A DNA stretch of 64,000 nt. Origin: Trichinella spiralis. Its lineage: Eukaryota. The position numbers and the translations under genes were made by a program. The DNA is taken from assembly GCF_000181795.1 (NCBI RefSeq), contig NW_003526941.1:1980232-2044231 (forward strand). Reading direction: 5' to 3'. Below are positions 52,554 to 64,000 of the stretch, piece after piece. Position 1 is the stretch's first letter. Every line of letters starts with the position of its first letter. Below the pieces are notes generated by a model that ran no database searches, was not told where the DNA came from, and saw nothing but the letters and a program-made list of their open reading frames with translations.

Positions 52554-53739
52554 CTGCTAATAGAATGATCATCTCCAGTTGGTCCAACGACAAAATTAAC
52601 ATACATAATTCCCTGCGACCCTGTCTAAGTTGTCTAAATTTAATTTTCAATAAATAATTATTTTCCTCCCTTCTCACACGTGTATAGTAAAGAAAAATAT
52701 TACTTCCACTGAAGATGATTTAAAAATTGCTTTTGTTTGATTGAAAAACTGAAAAGCAAAATCCAGGTCAAACATTCACATTCTTGAGATGATAGATGTT
52801 TTTCATTGTTCGTTCATTTTATACGTTAAATTTTTGAAAAGTAAAAGCAAAGTTCATCTACATCTGTGGTCAATTGACACCAAGCGACGCGACGACCCGT
52901 TGTGAGGCCAATTTAGGTTAAGCGGGTGCGCTTTCACAAGTAGCTACTTGATAACATTTTTAAACTTGCGGCCGCAACAATTACTTTTATGAATAGATGT
53001 GCATTTGCAATAATAAAAAAAAAATTACACGCATTCATATGTACACTACAATGATTAAATAAGAATTTTTCGTCAAATCGATTAATATCCCATCCATTAT
53101 TATTAACTATATGCGTACAGATAGATATACACTTATGTTCAAATGGCAAGAAATCTGTTTAAAGAAATCACAATAAACACACTAACAAAAGAATAAGGCA
53201 GATATCAAAAAATAAAAAAAAAATCGAAACAAAATGCCAGAATGTACAATGCTTAAACAGGTCAATTGAAGTCAAGCACTGGCTGCATGCAAGCAGAGCA
53301 AAAAAGAATAATCTTATGTGGGCAATCAGGTCTCGACCGCGTCTGTTGCGTCACCGCTGCATAAGCGAGTAAATTTTGACACGGTCGCTGATATGAAATT
53401 GTATAAACATTTTTGAACTTTAATATCATGATCGTGCCATACCTAGAGACGGCATGCTTTGCTCCAGTCAAGGTCAGCTTTAACATGCAAAGCATGATAT
53501 GAAAACGTTGAACATTATGAAGAAGCCCCGCCTGCCTGCAAAGGTCGCCGACCCGGTCCGCTTGCACCCGGTAGTGATGGTGCAAGAAGAGCAGACTGAT
53601 TGACACATTCGCGCGCCAGGCTGCACACCAGTTTTCACGCTAGAAATAATCTACCCGCTGTTAGCTGCTTCTAGACCCATTCCTGCTCCGGACGTTCCAG
53701 GCAGACGTACCTTCGTGTCTCAGTCCCAGGAACCCGGCG

Positions 53740-56700
53740 ATGCATACACTTCGTGTATCAACATTGTTATTCTTATGCTCAATCTATTCAGCTGGTATGT
53801 TGTCACGCAAATGCCACGACAATTACACATTAGACAACAAGAATATTTTCCATTCTATTTTCTTAATTTAATTATTTAGTTCTAGCTGAAATTGACCCTT
53901 GTGAAAGGCAGCTTTACAGAACTAACTGCCCGTCGAAATCTACAGGCAAAAGCCAATCTTCTCAGTTTGTGTTGCGCTATTACAGACGAGGTAGCCAATG
54001 TGTCTCATATCCGTACGGTCTGTGCAGTGCAACGGATCCAGGTGAATCAAAACTGTTCAAAACCAGGCAACAATGCCAAGAATACTGCTTATCGGATAAA
54101 ACGACACCACAATCAAACCAAGCCAACACCTCACCAGTGGTGAACATCATACAAAAAGAGGCACCCAAAACTACCCCTAGTCCACAGACTACTTCCACAT
54201 CTACCGAACAGCTGACACATCTCACTACGACAACAACTAATTGGAAAAAACAATTCCAAACTGCTAAACCTATCAAATCAAGTAAAAGCAACTTTTCTCT
54301 TTTATTCTCTTATTTAAATGAGAAATTCTTAAAATGAGAACAATCACTGCTACTAATATTGTATAAATTGAATGATTTAATTTTGTTTAAAATGAAGATA
54401 ATCAAGTGAACTGTGCTCCATTTATGCACATGAAAAGTTGAAGAAAATATTAGCCGGAATCACAAGAGAGTATAATGACATAATTATTGATGGCAACAAT
54501 ACTGAAAGAAAATTGTAGCCAATTGTATTATTGTTCATAAGGCGGAATTATTTTCGTTTTGCAGAATGTGAGCAAAAACGAGAAGAAGGCTTGCTTGCAA
54601 GTCGACATGCAGGAGGTTCAAAGGTTTCCATTCAAGCTGCATTCATTCCTGAATGCCTCCCTGATGGATCGTATCAGCCAATTCAATGCGACATTTTTTC
54701 CTTAACATGCTGGTGCGTCGACCAGGATGGTATCGAGAAAACTGGTTCGCGAGTCACCGGTGGCAACCGCCCCAATTGTAATGGTAAGAAGAGCTTTTTT
54801 CTGCATCTTTTCAATAAGTTTAAACATTCCACTTGGCACAGCTTTCAAAAAACATGAAGTTGCAGAAGTTCAGCGTTAATAAATGTCATTCACACCTGAG
54901 TACAAAAAAAGCTAAAGCATTTAACCTGATCACAAACTAGGTCAATCACATTGCTGCTTTCGAACAGTATTTGCATATTTCAAGCATAAGTAATGAATAG
55001 TATAAGAGTGAGGAAATCTTTCCTTTAGCTTTCAGGCACTAATCGTCCTTATTTCCTTTCTCAAAGTTTAAAATTACTTTCAATCATCCATTCCGTGAAC
55101 AAAATCCCTATGAAAACTGATAAACAAAAATATGAAACATTTTTTCAGATTCACCCATAAATGGTGTCATACTGTCACTTCATTCCAGTTGTCTGCATAG
55201 CCCAGAACGAGGTCCGTGCAATTCAGAACTCAAACGATGGTATGTGTCAGATTACATTCATGGTGGTAAAATTCTATTTAACTTGCAAGTTCGAATTCCA
55301 CCAAATGATACGCTTCACTGTTGAAAAATTGTTCCGTGATTGCACAAACTGACATCAACTGCCTTTCTTCAAATATTTCATTGTTTGCACTTTTTTATTG
55401 CATTCACGCTTGCTTTCCATTTTCAATTCACTTTCTAAGGTGTGGCACGTTGTCACTAATTCTTTCTTCCACCTAACTCTAGTTGTCTATTCAAATTGAT
55501 GGAACAAGTATGAAAAATTCAAATCCATTAGCAGATGGTATAACAACAACAACAATAATAATACCCCTTATTCAGGTATTATGATCCTGAAGAAAGGCAA
55601 TGTAAAGAGATGATTTACAGTGGATGCGGTGGAAACGAAAACAATTTCATAAGCAAAGATGATTGCCAACGACGATGTGGAACCGTAATTAAAGGCAATG
55701 TCTGTCCAAATTGGTCAGCTGCGCTTGTCGACGAACAAGGCAACGCAGTCCAGTGCTACGAACAAAACTGCCCAATTGGATACAAGTGTGTTTTCGCTGA
55801 CGAAGATGCTTATTGCTGTGCCAATCCTCAAACAAATGGTTCGTCAATATATGGTTTTTTTTCAAATCAAAAACTGTCATTCCATTTTCAATATGCCCAC
55901 TGCAAAACAAATTATAACTGACAATCATATTCCAGATTTGGCGGCGCCGTTGATGTCTGATGATGATTCGATCTGCAAGTTTCCAAAAGACCGTGGTCCA
56001 TGCGGCAGTTTCCATTTGCGCTTCTACTACGACTCGGCAGAACAAGAATGTAGATACTTTTTCTACGGAGGCTGTGGAGGCAACAGAAACAACTTTCAAA
56101 AGTTGGTAGACTGTCAAAACTTGTGCATGAAAGCAACGATGTCAGGAGATGTTGCCAAAGCTCTGGCTGAACTGGAGAAAACCGCTGGTACACCCGTAGT
56201 TCCGCCTGATGTGGATAACAAATGTGAAATGCCGAAAGACCCAGGTCCTTGCAGAGGACACTTTGAACGATGGTAGAAGTTTACAGATAAATGATAGTAA
56301 CAATTACAACAATCACACGGTAACCTCTTCTTATTCATTCAGGTACTATGATCAAAATGAAGCCAAATGCAAACCGCTCATCTACGGTGGCTGCGGTGGC
56401 AATGCGAACAATTTCGAAAGTTTAATTGGCTGTCAAGAAACATGCACAGGTAAAATATGACTGAATAACATACAATCGTGGAATGGGATTCAAAATAAGA
56501 GTTCATTGCAGAACTGGATGCAGATGTCTGCAAACATCCTGCAGACAAGGGTAGCTGTATGGGCAATTTCCAACGTTGGCATTTCGATTATAAGGAAAAA
56601 CAGTGCAAACCATTCTTGTACGGTGGATGTCTCGGAAATGGAAACAATTTCCAAAGCAGAAACGCTTGCGAAGCAAAATGCATGCCAGGTATGCACATGG

Positions 56701-59700
56701 TCAAAACAGTGTTAATGTACAGAATGTGAAATTTTTGATTTCATCGTTGCAGAAACAGCAACCAACATTGAACAAACACCGTCAACTACCCCACCTGCAA
56801 CAACGAAATCTAGCACAACAAGTTCGTCACTGATCGAAAAAAATTCAGTACATTGCAACACATTTTCATTCTAGAAATACCAACAGTCCTTTCACTCAAT
56901 CGCTGCTTTCATCCACTTGACGCAGGCACTTGCGGCAAAAATATCCAACGATGGTATTACGACGATGTAGAAGAAAAGTGCAAGTCGTTCGCATACACTG
57001 GTTGCGGGGGAAATGGCAATAATTTCGCTACCAGAGAAGACTGTGATCAGAACTGCCCAACTGGTATTTAGATCTGAACTTCCCTTCAAATTCATTTTTG
57101 AATCTTCCATTGATATATGCACATACATAGTGATTTAAAATAGAAATGTTAACTGAACTCAAGAATTTTGAATTTTTAGTGAAACGAAAAACAACAGTGA
57201 CGACAACCAAAGCAACTTCTCCACCCACACAACGTAAAATATTATTATTGCTCAATTTGAATTCCAATTATCATTCAATACATGACAATTTGTTTTTCAG
57301 AAACAACTACACAGATGCCGCGCAATCCATGTTTGCATCCGAAAGATCCAGGCACGTGCAACGAACATCATCAACGATGGTTTTTTGACAATGCTTCACA
57401 AAGTTGCCAACAATTCACTTACGGTGGTTGTGGTGGCAATGGGAACAATTTCAAAAGTCATTCAATGTGCATGGCCAAATGCGGACCTGGTGAGAACTTA
57501 TTTTTTTCAAAACTGAAAACCATAAATGCTGTTGTGCATTGACTGTACAATTTAGCATTGCCGGAAAACCCATGCAACCATCCGCCGGATCGTGGCGACT
57601 GTTCTGGTCATTTTGTCAGATTCTTTTACGATTACAATGCTGAAACTTGCAAGCAATTCATTTATGGTGGCTGCACCGGAAATGGAAACAATTTTGCCAC
57701 GCAGTTCGACTGCGAGCAGAAGTGTATGCGCAACAAAAAAATATCGACACAAAGTAAGCAATGAATTTTCCATCCTCTCTTTCCAATTGTATAAATCAAA
57801 TTGTTCATTGGCTCATCTGGAATTGTAGCCACGACTGCCGTACCGGCTGTACATTCGACGCAAGCTCAACCAAAACCAATCAAAGGTAAATTCTTTAGTA
57901 ATTAATGAAAATATTAATAGACGCAATTAACTGTCATTGTTAGCCAAACTTTTGCTACCCGGAGATGAGCTCTGCAATTTGAAAAAAGCACGTGGGCACT
58001 GTAACAGCTATGAGCTGCGCTATTATTTCAACAGGGATGCTGGTCGGTGTGAATTTTTCTTTTACAGTGGATGTGGAGGCAATAAGAACAATTTCAAGAC
58101 ACTTGCCCAGTGCGAACTTTTCTGCTCAAAGAAACCCGCTGTTCCATTGCAGTTTGGCTCCGCTGACACCAGCTCAACCAGTGAAACAAATGGCCAACCG
58201 TCTTACGTAAATTCTGTAATGCCACCAGCTAGCTTGGAAGGCTATGGGGTAGAAAATCAGCCAACCACTTTGTATCCTCATCAGAAATCGAGCGAGCAAG
58301 TATCATCAAATGTGGAAAGTAGTTCAAGAGCACCTGCTTCAAATCCTCAAGGATTACAAAGTCGACCTGGTTTGGCACCTCTAGAACCGGGAACAGAAAC
58401 GAGTTCAATCGCACCAGCACCGCCTGCCTATGGTGACACTTTGATTCCAAAGCAAAGCCTACCTGGAACAGTACCACATCAACCAGGTATGGACAAATTG
58501 AGGAAATGATGAACAAATTGAAATTACACGCAAAGTGTGCTTTAAGGGACATCATTCCAACAAATGCCACAACCACCGTCTTCCACAGTGCTTCAAAGTG
58601 TACAAGAAAAAACTCATCCACATATTTCTGTCACACCACAACCACCATCTACACCATACCAATCACCATCACAAGCTTACAGTACAAATTATGCTTCCGA
58701 AGTGGAACAGCCGCATGAGAATATCCAAGGAATACATGTGTCGACCGTTTACTCAGGATTGACTGAAGGACTCAGCTCCGCTGTTACCAGTGGAACGCCA
58801 ACCGCAGCTTTACGACATAAATGTGACTATCCGCAAGAACGAGGACCATGCAGTGATGCTTTGAAACGATGGTAAGTTTAAAGTGATGCAAAGCAATTTC
58901 AAAACATTTATTAAAGTCACTTTCTTTATTCATTGTTCAGGTACTGGGATAAAGCTGCGTCTCGATGTTTGCCGTTCACATACGGAGGATGTCGAGGTAA
59001 TTCGAACAACTTTGAAACAGAGCACGCATGCATTGCCGAATGTCAAGGTAACTAAAAAGCTCGTAAAGCGTGCTCGTCCAGAATTAATTATTAACCGTTA
59101 GGTCTTCCACCAAATGTGTGCGATCATCCGTTGGACAAAGGATCATGCGACAGTAAATATCAACGTTGGTATTTTGAACGAAACAGCAATTCATGCCGTA
59201 TGTTCGAATATGGAGGATGCGATGGAAATGGAAACAATTTCGCTTCTGAAGCTGAATGTCGAGCAGTTTGTTTGAATGGTAGCTAACTGGGCAATAAGTT
59301 TTTCAGTTGAACTGTTGTCTACTATGTAACTTGTATAATAGGCGATTCAAAGAGCATTCCAGGTAGGCCAGCTTACGCGATTCTGCCACCGGCTGGTGGA
59401 GCTATAGGTAAGTGATGAAAACATTTTATTTGTTCGATTGGATAATTAAGACTATTTCACTAATTAAGAAGAGTACATCAGGCAAACATACGCACCTTCA
59501 CCCCAACCAACACTTGGTGTACATACACCGACGACTATTTTGGAACCAGAAAAACCTACTGTTGAAAACAAAACACACACCCGTAAGTAACGAATACTAT
59601 AATTCGAACTAACCAGCAATGCAACCAACGGCAACAATTTGACTTTAGTTAAAATTTAAAATAGCAATGCTCAAAGCGTTTTCTTATCAGTTACACTATC

Positions 59701-62700
59701 AGATTCACTATCTCAGTTGTGCAAACAGATAATTTGCGTAATAACGGCAGCAAAATTACACACAGTGTGAAACAGAAGTGAAATAATAATTTTCAATTAA
59801 ATAAGACGTAAAAAATCATCTTGGAACCTTCTGCGCTATCTGTTGCTGAATATGATGTCATTTGCATAAAAACATTCATTCGCTCATTCAAAAATTCTAC
59901 TAGTGATGAAAAGAATGCAGAATAAGTAACCAAGGTTCTATTGAAAAATCAACGTTTCAATGACTGACAACCCTGTTAATAGGCAACCGTATTTTATGAC
60001 GAAATCATTTGAACCTGTCAAGTCAAATTTTGAAAATTTCTGCAGATTTGTCAGAAACCGCCAAATAAACCTGGCAGTATTCAGATCAATATCAACAATA
60101 TCAAATTTAACCTCAAACACGATTAATTTAGTGGAAACCAAACAAAATTTCATCAGACTTGTCAAAAAAATCTTGGAAAATCAGCGAATCTATTTTTCAT
60201 AAATGCTTGCACCTTCGAAACCAATTTGTCAGAAAGATGGGGAAAAAGAAAAATAAATATTCAACTCACCTTGTTGAAGATGATATTTGGTTAACAGTGT
60301 AGTTGCTCGATGCTGACGTTGAATGACTTGGCGCGACTTTGAAACAACTTTTCCAATGAACAATGTTGCAATTGATGAAATTCACATTTGGCCTACATAT
60401 TTTCAAAATTCAAACTTTCAGGGTTGATTGAACAGTTTCACCACATTTAAATCTAAATTTTCAAATCAGATAACGTTTGAATGAAAGTTAATTTAAATTA
60501 CTTTCTTATTACATACCAGAACTCGATACATTTCCAAAAGTAGAACCAATTTACGACCACGTTGGTTCATCACGGACTGATATATGCTGTACCGAAATGA
60601 TTTTCAGGTTCTTTTAAAAGTTACAAAAAAATGTCAACTCAGTTATGATATGTATTTAAAAAATCAGTTCCATCTTTTATGTAACTGTAAATTATAAAAT
60701 TTATTTTTTATTTGTAAAGCATTTCCATAAACAAATGACTTTTTAAAGACTGTTAATTTTTTTTCTTCATTTTTCATGTTACTACAAATACATTTATTTA
60801 TTTACGCGCGTTTGTGTCTACTTTTAGCTGAAGCTGGAGCGAAGTGCGAGAAAGAAGTGAAATGTTTGCCCGACTGGGTTATGACGATCGACGAAAACGG
60901 CTGCGAACGATGCACATATCCGACGCCGTCGGTTGTTCAAAGTAAGCAATTTTATTTATTTATTTACAAACAATATCCTGAAAATCTGAATGAATAATTT
61001 CAGCAACTCTTTCCCCGTCCTGTGTTCCAGTATTGAAATGTCCCGAAGGAATGACCATTGTCACCGGTGCTGACGGTTGCAAGAAATGTGTTAAGGAAGC
61101 ACCGATTGAATTGGAAAGTATGTAGCCTGTTATTTTGTTTGCTTTTGTTATTTTCTGTGGAAAAATTAAATTTCGTTTTTGTTTTAGCTCCAGTTCCTGA
61201 ATTAACTACTGTTTCTGACAAACCGTGCGCTGGGGACGAAATTGAATGTGAAGATATGTGCATGCAAATTACGGACAAAGACGGCTGTGTAACGTGCTTC
61301 TGTCCCCAGGATAAAGTGATCACCACCACCACCGCTGTGGTCACCTTCACTGACGCCGTCACCACCGAGCCCACACAGATCGGTTTGTATATATATAGCT
61401 TTCAGTTAGCAGTTCAATGAACAGTTATCAGTAAGTTGGTTTATTCGTTTAGAAGAAATTGAAAAGGAAGAGAAACCTGAATGTCAAACTACGATGACTT
61501 TGAAAGAATGTCCACCGCACTGTATGATTGTCACGAACAATTCCGGTTGCAAGAGTTGCCTTTGCCCAGAAGTGACAGAGAAACCGACTTATTTAAGTGA
61601 GTCTAATTTTACGCCGAATATTTTACATTGGTGGATTTTTGATATCGAGAAGAAAAAATAACTTATATAAATCAGCAATGGAACTGTTTACATGTTTTTT
61701 TCCTCAATTTAGCAGTTTCTCCTAATGAAACGCGACCAATTGACACGAATGAAATCAGAGAAAAATGCTACCAACCTTTGGTAAGTGATTATTAATTGTT
61801 TTATTTGTTTATTTTAATTAAAATGATACATAAATGGTAATTTAAAATGTTCAACAATAACAGGATCGTGGTCCGTGCTTTGGACCGGCTGTGCTGCGTT
61901 GGTGGTACAATTCAGAAACAAGAAAATGCGAAAGGTTTGATTACAGCAGTTGCGGCGGCAATCGCAATCATTTCTATTCCCAAAAAGAGTGCATTGCTCA
62001 TTGCGAAAGCCCGTTGAACCCAGGTAAAACATTATTTTATTAAATTATTAATTACTTTTCATTAACAACATTTCAACACAACCAATTGATCAATTCAGTA
62101 GTGGAAACAGTGCCGACTGAAACAACTACTACAGCTGAAAATTCAACCATGCCAACTGTTCCAATGATCAACGATAATTCGACTATTATTCAGCCTGCAG
62201 GACCTGTCGATCCATACGCAACTGTATCACCATCAGAACAAAGTAAGAACAAAAAAACCAAAAAAGGAAAGAAATTGCAACTGTCATCAATTATTTAGTG
62301 ACAGGTTATGGATCTCCGGGTGCTCATCCAATGGTACCTTCAGAATATGATGGTAGAGTATTTACTGATTTATTTTTTCCACAAACCGTTACATTTAAAC
62401 GACCAATTTAAATGGGCAAGATTACTGATCATTTTTATTCGTGTTTAGCTTTCACCCATGCTCCTGGCACCAGTCCTAAAGCACCTGGCTTCGAAGGTGG
62501 GACTTGCTTTTGAAAATGTATTTCAGTTCACTTTGAAATGACCATTTACGTGTTCAGATATACTTTATCCATACCATGTGAATACGAACGCTCCAAGTCC
62601 GTTACCGTACAGCCCATCATCTCCCTCACCCTGTAAGTTGGAAAATGAGTGCACCAATTCAACTAGTTAAGAAGCTGTTTTTTAAGATCTTACCAACGGA

Positions 62701-63527
62701 GAAATACCATCAAGTAACACACTTGCGCCTCAAATTGGTGAGCAGTTTTTCAACTGAAACTTAATAATGTCTTTAAATGCATTTTAATGCTTTTCTGCTT
62801 TTAAGAGACCTACACGACCATTCATCATCCAGGTAGTTATCCTTATCCTCCAGCAACAGGTTAAACAGAACAACATTGTCTGATAGATATTTTTTAATCA
62901 ATGAATATAATTTCAGTGGGCACAACATCTTCAATACCAGGCAGTTATCCTTACAGGCCACCTGCTGAACGTAAGCAAAATTTCAAAATTTACTTTCATA
63001 TGTACATTTCATGTCGTCATTCATCTGTCTAGCTGGATCAATTTCTGGTTCCGAACAAATATTACCTCCTGCTATCGGGCCAATTCCTGATATTATTCAA
63101 CCAAGTAATGAATAAATTGGCTTAAATAAAACAGAAACGAATTAAACAGTAATTTAACATTACAGCTCCAAGCTCGCAAGTGGAAGTTCCTTACACTGTC
63201 GCGCCGAGTCGACCTTTGCCAAGTATGAACCTGAACAAACACTTATAAAAAATAATGAATATGTTTATGTTTTCAGTGCCAGCCCTGCCGTCGCCGTATC
63301 CGCAGGATTTCGATGTGACAGAGAACCCACAAGATCCGAGGTATTGGCTCTACTGTCCGGATGGTGAAATTCCGATGCAGTACAAAAATGGCACCATGAT
63401 ACGGTGCTTGCCGGGCCAAAACATGTGCCCGTTGAAATCCAGGTGCTACTTTAACGGGCTCGACTATTTCTGTTGCTCCACTGCCACCTACGAGGTCCAA
63501 GAGCCTGCCTTGCCTTCGCCATACTAA
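53740..63527 (+). CDS. mlt-11: MLT-11-like secreted protein: signal peptide, atypical Kunitz-like domain, thyroglobulin type-1, ~11 canonical Kunitz domains, WR1/Lustrin repeats, antistasin-like Cys repeats, Pro/Ser-rich tail; >30 exons
   Basis: ATG at 53740 ([18 protein letters not shown]). Thyroglobulin motif [23 protein letters not shown]. Many 6-Cys Kunitz domains (e.g. [41 protein letters not shown]). Terminal WR1 repeat YCPDGEIP...[17 protein letters not shown]. Stop at 63525-63527 and AATAAA at 63718. The symbol rests on domain architecture only. Confidence 0.8.
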
Positions 63528-63838
63528 GCCATTCTACTGGGCTGGGCCTTTGCCACGCCTCAATGCCCTGCCCTGTTTCTCACTTTCAGTCCGAGAGTGC
63601 GCAACATGCGCATCAAAATACATTCCTCAAATCATTCCGGCATCAAATGTACATAAATACTTGTGTGATTACTTGTAAGTATGTCGTTCTACCTTACTTC
63701 TAAACTGTATCAGTATGAATAAACTATTTGTTGTTTGTGAGTTGCTTTGTTTTATTATGAATAACTGAATTCTGTAGCACTGAACGTTCTGCAGCATAAT
63801 TCTTTCTAATTGAAAAAAATCATAAAAAAGCAAATACA

Positions 63839-64000
63839 TCAAGCCACTGGAATTAATTTCATGTAAGCAATACTTCCGAGAGTGCCGGCTAACCAGACCA
63901 GTAGCCACAAACGCCTACCAACCTGAGTGACAATAAACGGCATCGTTAAGAAGGCAACAAGTAGAACGGATGGTAAAGTTTCTCTTAGGGGAAGCGGTTT
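63839..64000 (-). CDS. AGPAT5: 3' terminal part of 1-acyl-sn-glycerol-3-phosphate acyltransferase epsilon (AGPAT5-like); gene continues beyond the window
   Basis: The minus frame is open from 64000: KPLPLRETLPSVLLVAFLTMPFIVTQVGRRLWLLVWLAGTLGSIAYMKLIPVA*. This resembles, from recall, the vertebrate AGPAT5 C-terminus (KKTLPS.LIL..LT...L.T..GRKLY...W..GTL). Not in the supplied ORF track. Confidence 0.7.
   Translation of the reverse strand, partial: KPLPLRETLPSVLLVAFLTMPFIVTQVGRRLWLLVWLAGTLGSIAYMKLIPVA

Noticed and set aside
49570..53739. Operon linking the soluble LBD gene, ZFPL1 and the mlt-11-like gene (same strand)
   Set aside because: Stop-to-start spacings of ~0.7 and ~1.2 kb, with promoter-like GC-richer DNA before mlt-11. 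It cannot be supported without spliced-leader data.

Overview
AT-rich, intron-dense eukaryotic DNA. It is almost certainly nematode and most consistent with a clade I parasite such as Trichinella; this is inferred from short GT-AG introns, base composition and Kunitz/WR1(Lustrin) repeat proteins, and is not proven. Genes in order: a small 2-TM gene; smk-1/PPP4R3 (-) head-to-head with pptr-1/PP2A-B56 (+); a very large secreted Kunitz+WR1/Lustrin repeat gene (-) whose 4.8 kb intron hosts an intronless, GC-rich, antisense neprilysin (M13) gene with its zinc motif changed from HExxH to RExxR; a ~2.15 kb duplication across a 10-N assembly gap (probably an artefact); a TPX2 C-terminal-domain gene (-); a secreted mucin-like/thyroglobulin-repeat gene (+); a secreted Cys-loop receptor extracellular-domain-only gene with no channel domain (+); ZFPL1 (+); an mlt-11-like thyroglobulin/multi-Kunitz gene (+); and the 3' end of an AGPAT5-like gene (-). 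The most notable items are the soluble GABA/glycine-receptor-like ligand-binding protein and the nested pseudo-protease inside a protease-inhibitor-domain gene. Exon boundaries were read by eye. No prokaryotic systems, RNA genes or transposons could be supported.
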